Positions 23,501 through 38,500 of a stretch of 64,000 bases of DNA are shown piece by piece. Source of the DNA: the human T2T-CHM13v2.0 reference genome, Homo sapiens; NCBI RefSeq assembly GCF_009914755.1, contig NC_060927.1. The stretch is one strand, 5' to 3'. Under the pieces are notes generated by a model. That model saw only the letters and a list, made by a program, of their open reading frames with translations. It was not told the DNA's origin and did not search any database. Positions within the stretch are counted from its first letter, which is position 1. The number at the start of each line of letters is the position of its first letter. The position numbers and the translations under genes were made by a program.

Positions 23501-26500
23501 AAACATCACAACTCAGTTTCTGAGAATGCTTCTGACTAGATTTTATGGTAAGATATTTCCTTTTCTACCGTAGGCTTCAATGCCCTCTAAATACACCCTT
23601 GCAAATTCTACAAAGAGACTGTTTCATAACTGCTCTATAGGAAGAAAGGTTCAACTCTGTGAGTTGAATGCAGAGATCACAACGTGGTTTCTGCGAATGA
23701 TTCTTTGTAGTTTTTACATGAAGATATTTCGTTGTCAACCGTAGGCTTCAAAGCACTCAAAGTATTCACTTGGAACTTTTACAAAAAGAGTGTTAGAAAA
23801 CTGCTCTTTCCAAAGTAAGGTTCAACTCTGTGAGTTGAATGCACCCATAACAATCAAGAAGTTTGTGAGAATTCTTCTGTCCTGGTTTATATGAAGAAAT
23901 CCCGTTTCCAACGAAGGCCTCAAAGACGTTTAAATATCCACTTGCAGACTTCACAAACAGAGGGTTTCCAAACTGCTCTATGAAAAGAAAGGTTAAACTC
24001 TGTGAGTTGAACGCACACATCACAAAGTAGTTTCTGAGAATGATACTGTCTAGTTTTTATACGAAGATATTTCCTTTCTACCATTGGCGTCAAAGCGCTA
24101 GAATTCTCCACTTGCAAATTCCACAAAAAGAGTGTTTCCAATCTGCTCTGTCTAAAGGAAGGTTCAACTCTGTGAGTTGAATACACACACACAAAGAAGC
24201 TACTGAGAATTCTTTTGTCAAGAATTATAAGAAGAAATCCCGTTTCCAACGAAGGCCTCAAAGAGTTCCAAATATCCACTTGCACACTGCACAAACTAAG
24301 TCTTTCCAAACTGCTCTATGCAAAGAAATGTTCAACTCTGTGAGTTTAATACACACATCACAAAGCAGTTTCTGAGAATGATACTGTCTAGTTTTTATAC
24401 GAAGATATTTCCTTTTGTACCATTGGCCTCATACTGCTAGAATTTTCCACTTGCAAATTCCACAAAAAGAGTGTTTCCAATCCGCTCTGTCTAAAGGAAG
24501 GTTCAACTCTCTGATTTGAATACATACATCCCAAAAGAAGTTACTGAGAATTCTTCTGTCTAGCATTATGTGAAGAAATCCCGTTTCCAACGAAAGCCTC
24601 AAAGAGGTCCAAATATCCAGTTGCAGAATTTACAAACTGACTGTTTCCAAACTCATCTAAGAAAAGAAAGGTTAAACTCTGGGAGTTGAATGCACATATC
24701 ACAAAGTAGTTCCTGAGAATGATTCTGTCTAGTTTTCATACGAAGATATTTCCTTTTCCACCAATGGCCTCAAAGTGCTTGAAATCTCCCCTTGCAAATT
24801 CCACAGACAAGTGTTTCAAATCTGCACTGTCTAAAGGAAGGTTCAACCCTGTGAGTTGAATACACACACACAGAAAAAAATTCACTGAGAATTCTATTGT
24901 CTATCATTACACGAAGAAATCCCGTTTACTACGAAGGCCTCAAAGAGGTCCAAATATCCAGCTGCAGACATTACAAACTGAGTGTTTCCAAAGTGCTCTA
25001 TGAAAAGAAGTGTTAAACACTGTGAGTTCAATGCACACATCCCAAAGCAGTTTCTGAGAATGATTCCGTCTATTTTTTCTACGAAGATATTTCCTTTTCT
25101 GCCGTTGGCCTCAAAGCGCTTGAAATCTCCACTTGCAAATTCCACAAAAAGAGAGTTTCAAATCTGCTCTGTCTAAAGGAAGGTTCAACTCTGTGAGTTG
25201 AATACACACCACAGAAAGAAGTTACTGAGAATTCTTCTGTCTAGCATTATATGAAAAATCCCGTTTCCAACGAAGGCCACAAAGAGGTCCAAATATCCAC
25301 TTGCAGATTCTGCAAAAAGAGTGTTTCCAAACTGCTCTATGAAAAGAAAGGTTAAACTCTGTGAGTTGAACACAAACATCACAAAGTAGTTTCTGAGAAT
25401 GACTCCGTCTAGTTTTTATACGAAGATATTTCCTTTCCTACCATTCACTTCAAAACGCTTGAAGTCTCCCCCTGAAAATTCCACAAAAAGTGTTTCCAAT
25501 CTGCTCCGCCTAAAGGAAGCTTCAACTCTGTGAGTTGAATACCCACAACCCAAAGAAGTTACTGAGAATTCTTCTGTCTAGCATTATATGAAGAAATCCC
25601 GTTTCCAACGAAGGCCTCAAATACATCCAAATATCCAGTTGCTGACTTTACAAACTGAGTGTTTCCAAACTGCTCTATGAAAAGAAAGGTTAAACACTGT
25701 GAGTTGAACACACACGTACCAAAGTAGTTTCTGAGAATGATTCTGTCTAGTTTGCATACGAAGATATTTCCTTTTCTACCATTGGCCTCAAAGCTCTGAA
25801 ATCTCCACTTGCAAATTCCACAAAAAGAGAGTTTCAAATCTGCTGTTTCTAAAGGAAAGTTCAACTCTGAGAGTTGAATACACACCAGAAAAAGCAGTTA
25901 CTGAGAAGTCTTCTGTCTAGCATTATATGAAGAAATCCCATTTCCAACGAAGACTTCCAAGAGGTCCAAATATCCACTTGCAGATTCTGCAAAAAGAGTG
26001 TTTCGAAACAACTGTATGAAAAGAAAGGTTAAACACTGTGAGTTGAACGCACACATTGCAAAGCAGTTTCTGAGAATGATTCCGTCTAATTATTATACGA
26101 AGGTATTTCCTTTTCTATCATTGGCCTCAAAGCGCTTGATACCTCCACCTGAAAATTCCACAAAAAGAGTGTTTCCAATCTACTCTGTCTAAAGGAACGT
26201 TCAACTCTGTGAGTTGAATACACACACACAGAAAGAATTCACTGAGAATTCTTCTGTCTGGCATTACATGAAGAAATCCCGTTTCCAACGAAGGCCTCAA
26301 AGAGGTCCAAATATCCACTTGCAGATTCTGCAAAAAGAGTGTTTCAAAACCGCTCCATTAAAAGGAAGGTTGAACTCTGTGAGTTGAATGCAAACATCAC
26401 AACTCAGTTTCTGAGAATGCTTCTGACTAGATTTTATGGTAAGATATTTCCTTTTCTACCGTAGGCTTCAATGCCCTCTAAATACACCCTTGCAAATTCT

Positions 26501-29500
26501 ACAAAGAGACTGTTTCATAACTGCTCTATAGGAAGAAAGGTTCAACTCTGTGAGTTGAATGCAGAGATCACAACGTGGTTTCTGCGAATGATTCTTTGTA
26601 GTTTTTACATGAAGATATTTCGTTGTCAACCGTAGGCTTCAAAGCACTCAAAGTATTCACTTGGAACTTTTACAAAAAGAGTGTTAGAAAACTGCTCTTT
26701 CCAAAGTAAGGTTCAACTCTGTGAGTTGAATGCACCCATAACAATCAAGAAGTTTGTGAGAATTCTTCTGTCCTGGTTTATATGAAGAAATCCCGTTTCC
26801 AACGAAGGCCTCAAAGACGTTTAAATATCCACTTGCAGACTTCACAAACAGAGGGTTTCCAAACTGCTCTATGAAAAGAAAGGTTAAACTCTGTGAGTTG
26901 AACGCACACATCACAAAGTAGTTTCTGAGAATGATACTGTCTAGTTTTTATACGAAGATATTTCCTTTCTACCATTGGCGTCAAAGCGCTAGAATTCTCC
27001 ACTTGCAAATTCCACAAAAAGAGTGTTTCCAATCTGCTCTGTCTAAAGGAAGGTTCAACTCTGTGAGATGAATACACACACACAAAGAAGCTACTGAGAA
27101 TTCTTTTGTCAAGAATTATAAGAAGAAATCCCGTTTCCAACGAAGGCCTCAAAGAGTTCCAAATATCCACTTGCACACTGCACAAACTAAGTCTTTCCAA
27201 ACTGCTCTATGCAAAGAAATGTTCAACTCTGTGAGTTTAATACACACATCACAAAGCAGTTTCTGAGAATGATACTGTCTAGTTTTTATACGAAGATATT
27301 TCCTTTTGTACCATTGGCCTCATACTGCTAGAATTTTCCACTTGCAAATTCCACAAAAAGAGTGTTTCCAATCCGCTCTGTCTAAAGGAAGGTTCAACTC
27401 TCTGATTTGAATACATACATCCCAAAAGAAGTTACTGAGAATTCTTCTGTCTAGCATTATGTGAAGAAATCCCGTTTCCAACGAAAGCCTCAAAGAGGTC
27501 CAAATATCCAGTTGCAGAATTTACAAACTGACTGTTTCCAAACTCATCTAAGAAAAGAAAGGTTAAACTCTGGGAGTTGAATGCACATATCACAAAGTAG
27601 TTCCTGAGAATGATTCTGTCTAGTTTTCATACGAAGATATTTCCTTTTCCACCAATGGCCTCAAAGTGCTTGAAATCTCCCCTTGCAAATTCCACAGACA
27701 AGTGTTTCAAATCTGCACTGTCTAAAGGAAGGTTCAACCCTGTGAGTTGAATACACACACACAGAAACAAATTCACTGAGAATTCTATTGTCTATCATTA
27801 CACGAAGAAATCCCGTTTACTACGAAGGCCTCAAAGAGGTCCAAATATCCAGCTGCAGACATTACAAACTGAGTGTTTCCAAAGTGCTCTATGAAAAGAA
27901 GTGTTAAACACTGTGAGTTCAATGCACACATCCCAAAGCAGTTTCTGAGAATGATTCCGTCTATTTTTTCTACGAAGATATTTCCTTTTCTGCCGTTGGC
28001 CTCAAAGCGCTTGAAATCTCCACTTGCAAATTCCACAAAAAGAGAGTTTCAAATCTGCTCTGTCTAAAGGAAGGTTCAACTCTGTGAGTTGAATACACAC
28101 CACAAAAAGAAGTTACTGAGAATTCTTCTGTCTAGCATTATATGAAAAATCCCGTTTCCAACGAAGGCCACAAAGAGGTCCAAATATCCACTTGCAGATT
28201 CTGCAAAAAGAGTGTTTCCAAACTGCTCTATGAAAAGAAACGTTAAACTCTGTGAGTTGAACGCAAACATCACAAAGTAGTTTCTGAGAATGACTCCGTC
28301 TAGTTTTTATACGAAGATATTTCCTTTCCTACCATTCACTTCAAAGCGCTTGAAGTCTCCCCCTGAAAATTCCACAAAAAGTGTTTCCAATCTGCTCCGC
28401 CTAAAGGAAGCTTCAACTCTGTGAGTTGAATACCCACAACCCAAAGAAGTTACTGAGAATTCTTCTGTCTAGCATTATATGAAGAAATCCCGTTTCCAAC
28501 GAAGGCCTCAAATACATCCAAATATCCAGTTGCTGACTTTACAAACTGAGTGTTTCCAAACTGCTCTATGAAAAGAAAGGTTAAACACTGTGAGTTGAAC
28601 ACACACGTACCAAAGTAGTTTCTGAGAATGATTCTGTCTAGTTTGCATACGAAGATATTTCCTTTTCTACCATTGGCCTCAAAGCTCTGAAATCTCCACT
28701 TGCAAATTCCACAAAAAGAGAGTTTCAAATCTGCTGTTTCTAAAGGAAAGTTCAACTCTGAGAGTTGAATACACACCAGAAAAAGCAGTTACTGAGAAGT
28801 CTTCTGTCTAGCATTATATGAAGAAATCCCATTTCCAACGAAGACTTCAAAGAGGTCCAAATATCCACTTGCAGATTCTGCAAAAAGAGTGTTTCGAAAC
28901 AACTGTATGAAAAGAAAGGTTAAACACTGTGAGTTGAACGCACACATTGCAAAGCAGTTTCTGAGAATGATTCCGTCTAATTATTATACGAAGGTATTTC
29001 CTTTTCTATCATTGGCCTCAAAGCGCTTGATACCTCCACCTGAAAATTCCACAAAAAGAGTGTTTCCAATCTACTCTGTCTAAAGGAACGTTCAACTCTG
29101 TGAGTTGAATACACACACACAGAAAGAATTCACTGAGAATTCTTCTGTCTGGCATTACATGAAGAAATCCCGTTTCCAACGAAGGCCTCAAAGAGGTCCA
29201 AATATCCACTTGCAGATTCTGCAAAAAGAGTGTTTCAAAACCGCTCCATTAAAAGGAATGTTGAACTCTGTGAGTTGAATGCAAACATCACAACTCAGTT
29301 TCTGAGAATGCTTCTGACTAGATTTTATGGTAAGATATTTCCTTTTCTACCGTAGGCTTCAATGCCCTCTAAATACACCCTTGCAAATTCTACAAAGAGA
29401 CTGTTTCATAACTGCTCTATAGGAAGAAAGGTTCAACTCTGTGAGTTGAATGCAGAGATCACAACGTGGTTTCTGCGAATGATTCTTTGTAGTTTTTACA

Positions 29501-32500
29501 TGAAGATATTTCGTTGTCAACCGTAGGCTTCAAAGCACTCAAAGTATTCACTTGGAACTTTTACAAAAAGAGTGTTAGAAAACTGCTCTTTCCAAAGTAA
29601 GGTTCAACTCTGTGAGTTGAATGCACCCATAACAATCAAGAAGTTTCTGAGAATTCTTCTGTCCTGGTTTATATGAAAAAATCCCGTTTCCAACGAAGAC
29701 CTCAAAGACGTTTAAATATCCACTTGCAGACTTCACAAACAGAGGGTTTCCAAACTGCTCTGTGAAAAGAAAGGTTAAACTCTGTGAGTTGAACGCACAC
29801 ATCACAAAGTAGCTTCTGAGAATGATACTGTCTAGTTTTTATACGAAGATATTTCCTTTCTACCATTGGCGTCAAAGCGCTAGAATTCTCCACTTGCAAA
29901 TTCCACAAAAAGAGTGTTTCCAATCTGCTCTGTCTAAAGGAAGGTTCAACTCTGTGAGTTGAATACACACACACAAAGAAGCTACTGAGAATTCCTTTGT
30001 CAAGAATTATAAGAAGAAATCCCGTTTCCAACGAAGGCCTCAAAGAGTTCCAAATATCCACTTGCACACTGCACAAACTAAGTCTTTCCAAACTGCTCTA
30101 TGCAAAGAAATGTTCAACTCTGTGAGTTTAATACACACATCACAAAGCAGTTTCTGAGAATGATACTGTCTAGTTTTTATACGAAGATATTTCCTTTTGT
30201 ACCATTGGCCTCATACTGCTAGAATTTTCCACTTGCAAATTCCACAAAAAGAGTGTTTCAATCCGCTCTGTCTAAAGGAAGGTTCAACTCTCTGATTTGA
30301 ATACATACATCCCAAAAGAAGTTACTGAGAATTCTTCTGTCTAGCATTATGTGAAGAAATCCCGTTTCCAACGAAAGCCTCAAAGAGGTCCAAATATCCA
30401 GTTGCAGAATTTACAAACTGACTGTTTCCAAACTCATCTATGAAAAGAAAGGTTAAACTCTGTGAGTTGAATGCACATATCACAAAGTAGTTCCTGAGAA
30501 TGATTCTGTCTAGTTTTTATACGAAGATATTTCCTTTTCCACCAATGGCCTCAAAGTGCTTGAAATCTCCCCTTGCAAATTCCACAGACAAGTGTTTCAA
30601 ATCTGCACTGTCTAAAGGAAGGTTCAACCCTGTGAGTTGAATACACACACACAGAAAAAAATTCACTGAGAATTCTATTGTCTATCATTACACGAAGAAA
30701 TCCCGTTTACTACGAAGGCCTCAAAGAGGTCCAAATATCCAGCTGCAGACATTACAAACTGAGTGTTTCCAAAGTGCTCTATGAAAAGAAGTGTTAAACA
30801 CTGTGAGTTCAATGCACACATCCCAAAGCAGTTTCTGAGAATGATTCCGTCTATTTTTTCTACGAAGATATTTCCTTTTCTACCGTTGGCCTCAAAGCGC
30901 TTGAAATCTCCACTTGCAAATTCCACAAAAAGAGAGTTTCAAATCTGCTCTGTCTAAAGGAAGGTTCAACTCTGTGAGTTGTATACACACCACAAAAAGA
31001 AGTTACTGAGAATTCTTCTGTCTAGCATTATATGAAAAATCCCGTTTCCAACGAAGGCCACAAAGAGGTCCAAATATCCACTTGCAGATTCTGCAAAAAG
31101 AGTGTTTCCAAACTGCTCTATGAAAAGAAACGTTAAACTCTGTGAGTTGAACGCAAACATCACAAAGTAGTTTCTGAGAATGACTCCGTCTAGTTTTTAT
31201 ACGAAGATATTTCCTTTCCTACCATTCACTTCAAAGCGCTTGAAGTCTCCCCCTGAAAATTCCACAAAAAGTGTTTCCAATCTGCTCCGCCTAAAGGAAG
31301 CTTCAACTCTGTGAGTTGAATACCCACAACCCAAAGAAGTTACTGAGAATTCTTCTGTCTAGCATTATATGAAGAAATCCCGTTTCCAACGAAGGCCTCA
31401 AATACATCCAAATATCCAGTTGCTGACTTTACAAACTGAGTGTTTCCAAACTGCTCTATGAAAAGAAAGGTTAAACACTGTGAGTTGAACACACACGTAC
31501 CAAAGTAGTTTCTGAGAATGATTCTGTCTAGTTTGCATACGAAGATATTTCCTTTTCTACCATTGGCCTCAAAGCTCTGAAATCTCCACTTGCAAATTCC
31601 ACAAAAAGAGAGTTTCAAATCTGCTGTTTCTAAAGGAAAGTTCAACTCTGAGAGTTGAATACACACCAGAAAAAGCAGTTACTGAGAAGTCTTCTGTCTA
31701 GCATTATATGAAGAAATCCCATTTCCAACGAAGACTTCAAAGAGGTCCAAATATCCACTTGCAGATTCTGCAAAAAGAGTGTTTCGAAACAACTGTATGA
31801 AAAGAAAGGTTAAACACTGTGAGTTGAACGCACACATTGCAAAGCAGTTTCTGAGAATGATTCCGTCTAATTATTATACGAAGGTATTTCCTTTTCTATC
31901 ATTGGCCTCAAAGCGCTTGATACCTCCACCTGAAAATTCCACAAAAAGAGTGTTTCCAATCTACTCTGTCTAAAGGAACGTTCAACTCTGTGAGTTGAAT
32001 ACACACACACAGAAAGAATTCACTGAGAATTCTTCTGTCTGGCATTACATGAAGAAATCCCGTTTCCAACGAAGGCCTCAAAGAGGTCCAAATATCCACT
32101 TGCAGATTCTGCAAAAAGAGTGTTTCAAAACCGCTCCATTAAAAGGAATGTTGAACTCTGTGAGTTGAATGCAAACATCACAACTCAGTTTCTGAGAATG
32201 CTTCTGACTAGATTTTATGGTAAGATATTTCCTTTTCTACCGTAGGCTTCAATGCCCTCTAAATACACCCTTGCAAATTCTACAAAGAGACTGTTTCATA
32301 ACTGCTCTATAGGAAGAAAGGTTCAACTCTGTGAGTTGAATGCAGAGATCACAACGTGGTTTCTGCGAATGATTCTTTGTAGTTTTTACATGAAGATATT
32401 TCGTTGTCAACCGTAGGCTTCAAAGCACTCAAAGTATTCACTTGGAACTTTTACAAAAAGAGTGTTAGAAAACTGCTCTTTCCAAAGTAAGGTTCAACTC

Positions 32501-35500
32501 TGTGAGTTGAATGCACACATAACAATCAAGAAGTTTCTGAGAATTCTTCTGTCCTGGTTTATATGAAAAAATCCCGTTTCCAACGAAGACCTCAAAGACG
32601 TTTAAATATCCACTTGCAGACTTCACAAACAGAGGGTTTCCAAACTGCTCTGTGAAAAGGAAGGTTAAACTCTGTGAGTTGAACGCACACATCACAAAGT
32701 AGCTTCTGAGAATGATACTGTCTAGTTTTTATACGAAGATATTTCCTTTCTACCATTGGCGTCAAAGCGCTAGAATTCTCCACTTGCAAATTCCACAAAA
32801 AGAGTGTTTCCAATCTGCTCTGTCTAAAGGAAGGTTCAACTCTGTGAGTTGAATACACACACACAAAGAAGCTACTGAGAATTCCTTTGTCAAGAATTAT
32901 AAGAAGAAATCCCGTTTCCAACGAAGGCCTCAAAGAGTTCCAAATATCCACTTGCACACTGCACAAACTAAGTCTTTCCAAACTGCTCTATGCAAAGAAA
33001 TGTTCAACTCTGTGAGTTTAATACACACATCACAAAGCAGTTTCTGAGAATGATACTGTCTAGTTTTTATACGAAGATATTTCCTTTTGTACCATTGGCC
33101 TCATACTGCTAGAATTTTCCACTTGCAAATTCCACAAAAAGAGTGTTTCAATCCGCTCTGTCTAAAGGAAGGTTCAACTCTCTGATTTGAATACATACAT
33201 CCCAAAAGAAGTTACTGAGAATTCTTCTGTCTAGCATTATGTGAAGAAATCCCGTTTCCAACGAAAGCCTCAAAGAGGTCCAAATATCCAGTTGCAGAAT
33301 TTACAAACTGACTGTTTCCAAACTCATCTATGAAAAGAAAGGTTAAACTCTGTGAGTTGAATGCACATATCACAAAGTAGTTCCTGAGAATGATTCTGTC
33401 TAGTTTTTATACGAAGATATTTCCTTTTCCACCAATGGCCTCAAAGTGCTTGAAATCTCCCCTTGCAAATTCCACAGACAAGTGTTTCAAATCTGCACTG
33501 TCTAAAGGAAGGTTCAACCCTGTGAGTTGAATACACACACACAGAAAAAAATTCACTGAGAATTCTATTGTCTATCATTACACGAAGAAATCCCGTTTAC
33601 TACGAAGGCCTCAAAGAGGTCCAAATATCCAGCTGCAGACATTACAAACTGAGTGTTTCCAAAGTGCTCTATGAAAAGAAGTGTTAAACACTGTGAGTTC
33701 AATGCACACATCCCAAAGCAGTTTCTGAGAATGATTCCGTCTATTGTTTCTACGAAGATATTTCCTTTTCTGCCGTTGGCCTCAAAGCGCTTGAAATCTC
33801 CACTTGCAAATTCCACAAAAAGAGAGTTTCAAATCTGCTCTGTCTAAAGGAAGGTTCAACTCTGTGAGTTGTATACACACCACAAAAAGAAGTTACTGAG
33901 AATTCTTCTGTCTAGCATTATATGAAAAATCCCGTTTCCAACGAAGGCCACAAAGAGGTCCAAATATCCACTTGCAGATTCTGCAAAAAGAGTGTTTCCA
34001 AACTGCTCTATGAAAAGAAACGTTAAACTCTGTGAGTTGAACGCAAACATCACAAAGTAGTTTCTGAGAATGACTCCGTCTAGTTTTTATACGAAGATAT
34101 TTCCTTTCCTACCATTCACTTCAAAGCGCTTGAAGTCTCCCCCTGAAAATTCCACAAAAAGTGTTTCCAATCTGCTCCGCCTAAAGGAAGCTTCAACTCT
34201 GTGAGTTGAATACCCACAACCCAAAGAAGTTACTGAGAATTCTTCTGTCTAGCATTATATGAAGAAATCCCGTTTCCAACGAAGGCCTCAAATACATCCA
34301 AATATCCAGTTGCTGACTTTACAAACTGAGTGTTTCCAAACTGCTCTATGAAAAGAAAGGTTAAACACTGTGAGTTGAACACACACGTACCAAAGTAGTT
34401 TCTGAGAATGATTCTGTCTAGTTTGCATACGAAGATATTTCCTTTTCTACCATTGGCCTCAAAGCTCTGAAATCTCCACTTGCAAATTCCACAAAAAGAG
34501 AGTTTCAAATCTGCTGTTTCTAAAGGAAAGTTCAACTCTGAGAGTTGAATACACACCAGAAAAAGCAGTTACTGAGAAGTCTTCTGTCTAGCATTATATG
34601 AAGAAATCCCATTTCCAACGAAGACTTCAAAGAGGTCCAAATATCCACTTGCAGATTCTGCAAAAAGAGTGTTTCGAAACAACTGTATGAAAAGAAAGGT
34701 TAAACACTGTGAGTTGAACGCACACATTGCAAAGCAGTTTCTGAGAATGATTCCGTCTAATTATTATACGAAGGTATTTCCTTTTCTATCATTGGCCTCA
34801 AAGCGCTTGATACCTCCACCTGAAAATTCCACAAAAAGAGTGTTTCCAATCTACTCTGTCTAAAGGAACGTTCAACTCTGTGAGTTGAATACACACACAC
34901 AGAAAGAATTCACTGAGAATTCTTCTGTCTGGCATTACATGAAGAAATCCCGTTTCCAACGAAGGCCTCAAAGAGGTCCAAATATCCACTTGCAGATTCT
35001 GCAAAAAGAGTGTTTCAAAACCGCTCCATTAAAAGGAATGTTGAACTCTGTGAGTTGAATGCAAACATCACAACTCAGTTTCTGAGAATGCTTCTGACTA
35101 GATTTTATGGTAAGATATTTCCTTTTCTACCGTAGGCTTCAATGCCCTCTAAATACACCCTTGCAAATTCTACAAAGAGACTGTTTCATAACTGCTCTAT
35201 AGGAAGAAAGGTTCAACTCTGTGAGTTGAATGCAGAGATCACAACGTGGTTTCTGCGAATGATTCTTTGTAGTTTTTACATGAAGATATTTCGTTGTCAA
35301 CCGTAGGCTTCAAAGCACTCAAAGTATTCACTTGGAACTTTTACAAAAAGAGTGTTAGAAAACTGCTCTTTCCAAAGTAAGGTTCAACTCTGTGAGTTGA
35401 ATGCACACATAACAATCAAGAAGTTTCTGAGAATTCTTCTGTCCTGGTTTATATGAAAAAATCCCGTTTCCAACGAAGACCTCAAAGACGTTTAAATATC

Positions 35501-38500
35501 CACTTGCAGACTTCACAAACAGAGGGTTTCCAAACTGCTCTGTGAAAAGGAAGGTTAAACTCTGTGAGTTGAACGCACACATCACAAAGTAGCTTCTGAG
35601 AATGATACTGTCTAGTTTTTATACGAAGATATTTCCTTTCTACCATTGGCGTCAAAGCGCTAGAATTCTCCACTTGCAAATTCCACAAAAAGAGTGTTTC
35701 CAATCTGCTCTGTCTAAAGGAAGGTTCAACTCTGTGAGTTGAATACACACACACAAAGAAGCTACTGAGAATTCCTTTGTCAAGAATTATAAGAAGAAAT
35801 CCCGTTTCCAACGAAGGCCTCAAAGAGTTCCAAATATCCACTTGCACACTGCACAAACTAAGTCTTTCCAAACTGCTCTATGCAAAGAAATGTTCAACTC
35901 TGTGAGTTTAATACACACATCACAAAGCAGTTTCTGAGAATGATACTGTCTAGTTTTTATACGAAGATATTTCCTTTTGTACCATTGGCCTCATACTGCT
36001 AGAATTTTCCACTTGCAAATTCCACAAAAAGAGTGTTTCCAATCCGCTCTGTCTAAAGGAAGGTTCAACTCTCTGATTTGAATACATACATCCCAAAAGA
36101 AGTTACTGAGAATTCTTCTGTCTAGCATTATGTGAAGAAATCCCGTTTCCAACGAAAGCCTCAAAGAGGTCCAAATATCCAGTTGCAGAATTTACAAACT
36201 GACTGTTTCCAAACTCATCTATGAAAAGAAAGGTTAAACTCTGGGAGTTGAATGCACATATCACAAAGTAGTTCCTGAGAATGATTCTGTCTAGTTTTTA
36301 TACGAAGATATTTCCTTTTCCACCAATGGCCTCAAAGTGCTTGAAATCTCCCCTTGCAAATTCCACAGACAAGAGTTTCAAATCTGCACGGTCTAAAGGA
36401 AGGTTCAACCCTGTGAGTTGAATACACACACACAGAAAAAAATTCACTGAGAATTCTATTGTCTATCATTACACGAAGAAATCCCGTTTACTACGAAGGC
36501 CTCAAAGAGGTCCAAATATCCAGCTGCAGACATTACAAACTGAGTGTTTCCAAAGTGCTCTATGAAAAGAAGTGTTAAACACTGTGAGTTCAATGCACAC
36601 ATCCCAAAGCAGTTTCTGAGAATGATTCCGTCTATTTTTTCTACGAAGATATTTCCTTTTCTGCCGTTGGCCTCAAAGCGCTTGAAATCTCCACTTGCAA
36701 ATTCCACAAAAAGAGAGTTTCAAATCTGCTCTGTCTAAAGGAAGGTTCAACTCTGTGAGTTGAATACACACCACAAAAAGAAGTTACTGAGAATTCTTCT
36801 GTCTAGCATTATATGAAAAATCCCGTTTCCAACGAAGGCCACAAAGAGGTCCAAATATCCACTTGCAGATTCTGCAAAAAGAGTGTTTCCAAACTGCTCT
36901 AAAAAAAGAAACGTTAAACTCTGTGAGTTGAACGCAAACATCACAAAGTAGTTTCTGAGAATGACTCCGTCTAGTTTTTATACGAAGATATTTCCTTTCC
37001 TACCATTCACTTCAAAGCGCTTGAAGTCTCCCCCTGAAAATTCCACAAAAAGTGTTTCCAATCTGCTCCGCCTAAAGGAAGCTTCAACTCTGTGAGTTGA
37101 ATACCCACAACCCAAAGAAGTTACTGAGAATTCTTCTGTCTAGCATTATATGAAGAAATCCCGTTTCCAACGAAGGCCTCAAATACATCCAAATATCCAG
37201 TTGCTGACTTTACAAACTGAGTGTTTCCAAACTGCTCTATGAAAAGAAAGGTTAAACACTGTGAGTTGAACACACACGTACCAAAGTAGTTTCTGAGAAT
37301 GATTCTGTCTAGTTTGCATACGAAGATATTTCCTTTTCTACCATTGGCCTCAAAGCTCTGAAATCTCCACTTGCAAATTCCACAAAAAGAGAGTTTCAAA
37401 TCTGCTGTTTCTAAAGGAAAGTTCAACTCTGAGAGTTGAATACACACCAGAAAAAGCAGTTACTGAGAAGTCTTCTGTCTAGCATTATATGAAGAAATCC
37501 CATTTCCAACGAAGACTTCAAAGAGGTCCAAATATCCACTTGCAGATTCTGCAAAAAGAGTGTTTCGAAACAACTGTATGAAAAGAAAGGTTAAACACTG
37601 TGAGTTGAACGCACACATTGCAAAGCAGTTTCTGAGAATGATTCCGTCTAATTATTATACGAAGGTATTTCCTTTTCTATCATTGGCCTCAAAGCGCTTG
37701 ATACCTCCACCTGAAAATTCCACAAAAAGAGTGTTTCCAATCTACTCTGTCTAAAGGAACGTTCAACTCTGTGAGTTGAATACACACACACAGAAAGAAT
37801 TCACTGAGAATTCTTCTGTCTGGCATTACATGAAGAAATCCCGTTTCCAACGAAGGCCTCAAAGAGGTCCAAATATCCACTTGCAGATTCTGCAAAAAGA
37901 GTGTTTCAAAACCGCTCCATTAAAAGGAATGTTGAACTCTGTGAGTTGAATGCAAACATCACAACTCAGTTTCTGAGAATGCTTCTGACTAGATTTTATG
38001 GTAAGATATTTCCTTTTCTACCGTAGGCTTCAATGCCCTCTAAATACACCCTTGCAAATTCTACAAAGAGACTGTTTCATAACTGCTCTATAGGAAGAAA
38101 GGTTCAACTCTGTGAGTTGAATGCAGAGATCACAACGTGGTTTCTGCGAATGATTCTTTGTAGTTTTTACATGAAGATATTTCGTTGTCAACCGTAGGCT
38201 TCAAAGCACTCAAAGTATTCACTTGGAACTTTTACAAAAAGAGTGTTAGAAAACTGCTCTTTCCAAAGTAAGGTTCAACTCTGTGAGTTGAATGCACACA
38301 TAACAATCAAGAAGTTTCTGAGAATTCTTCTGTCCTGGTTTATATGAAAAAATCCCGTTTCCAACGAAGACCTCAAAGACGTTTAAATATCCACTTGCAG
38401 ACTTCACAAACAGAGGGTTTCCAAACTGCTCTGTGAAAAGGAAGGTTAAACTCTGTGAGTTGAACGCACACATCACAAAGTAGCTTCTGAGAATGATACT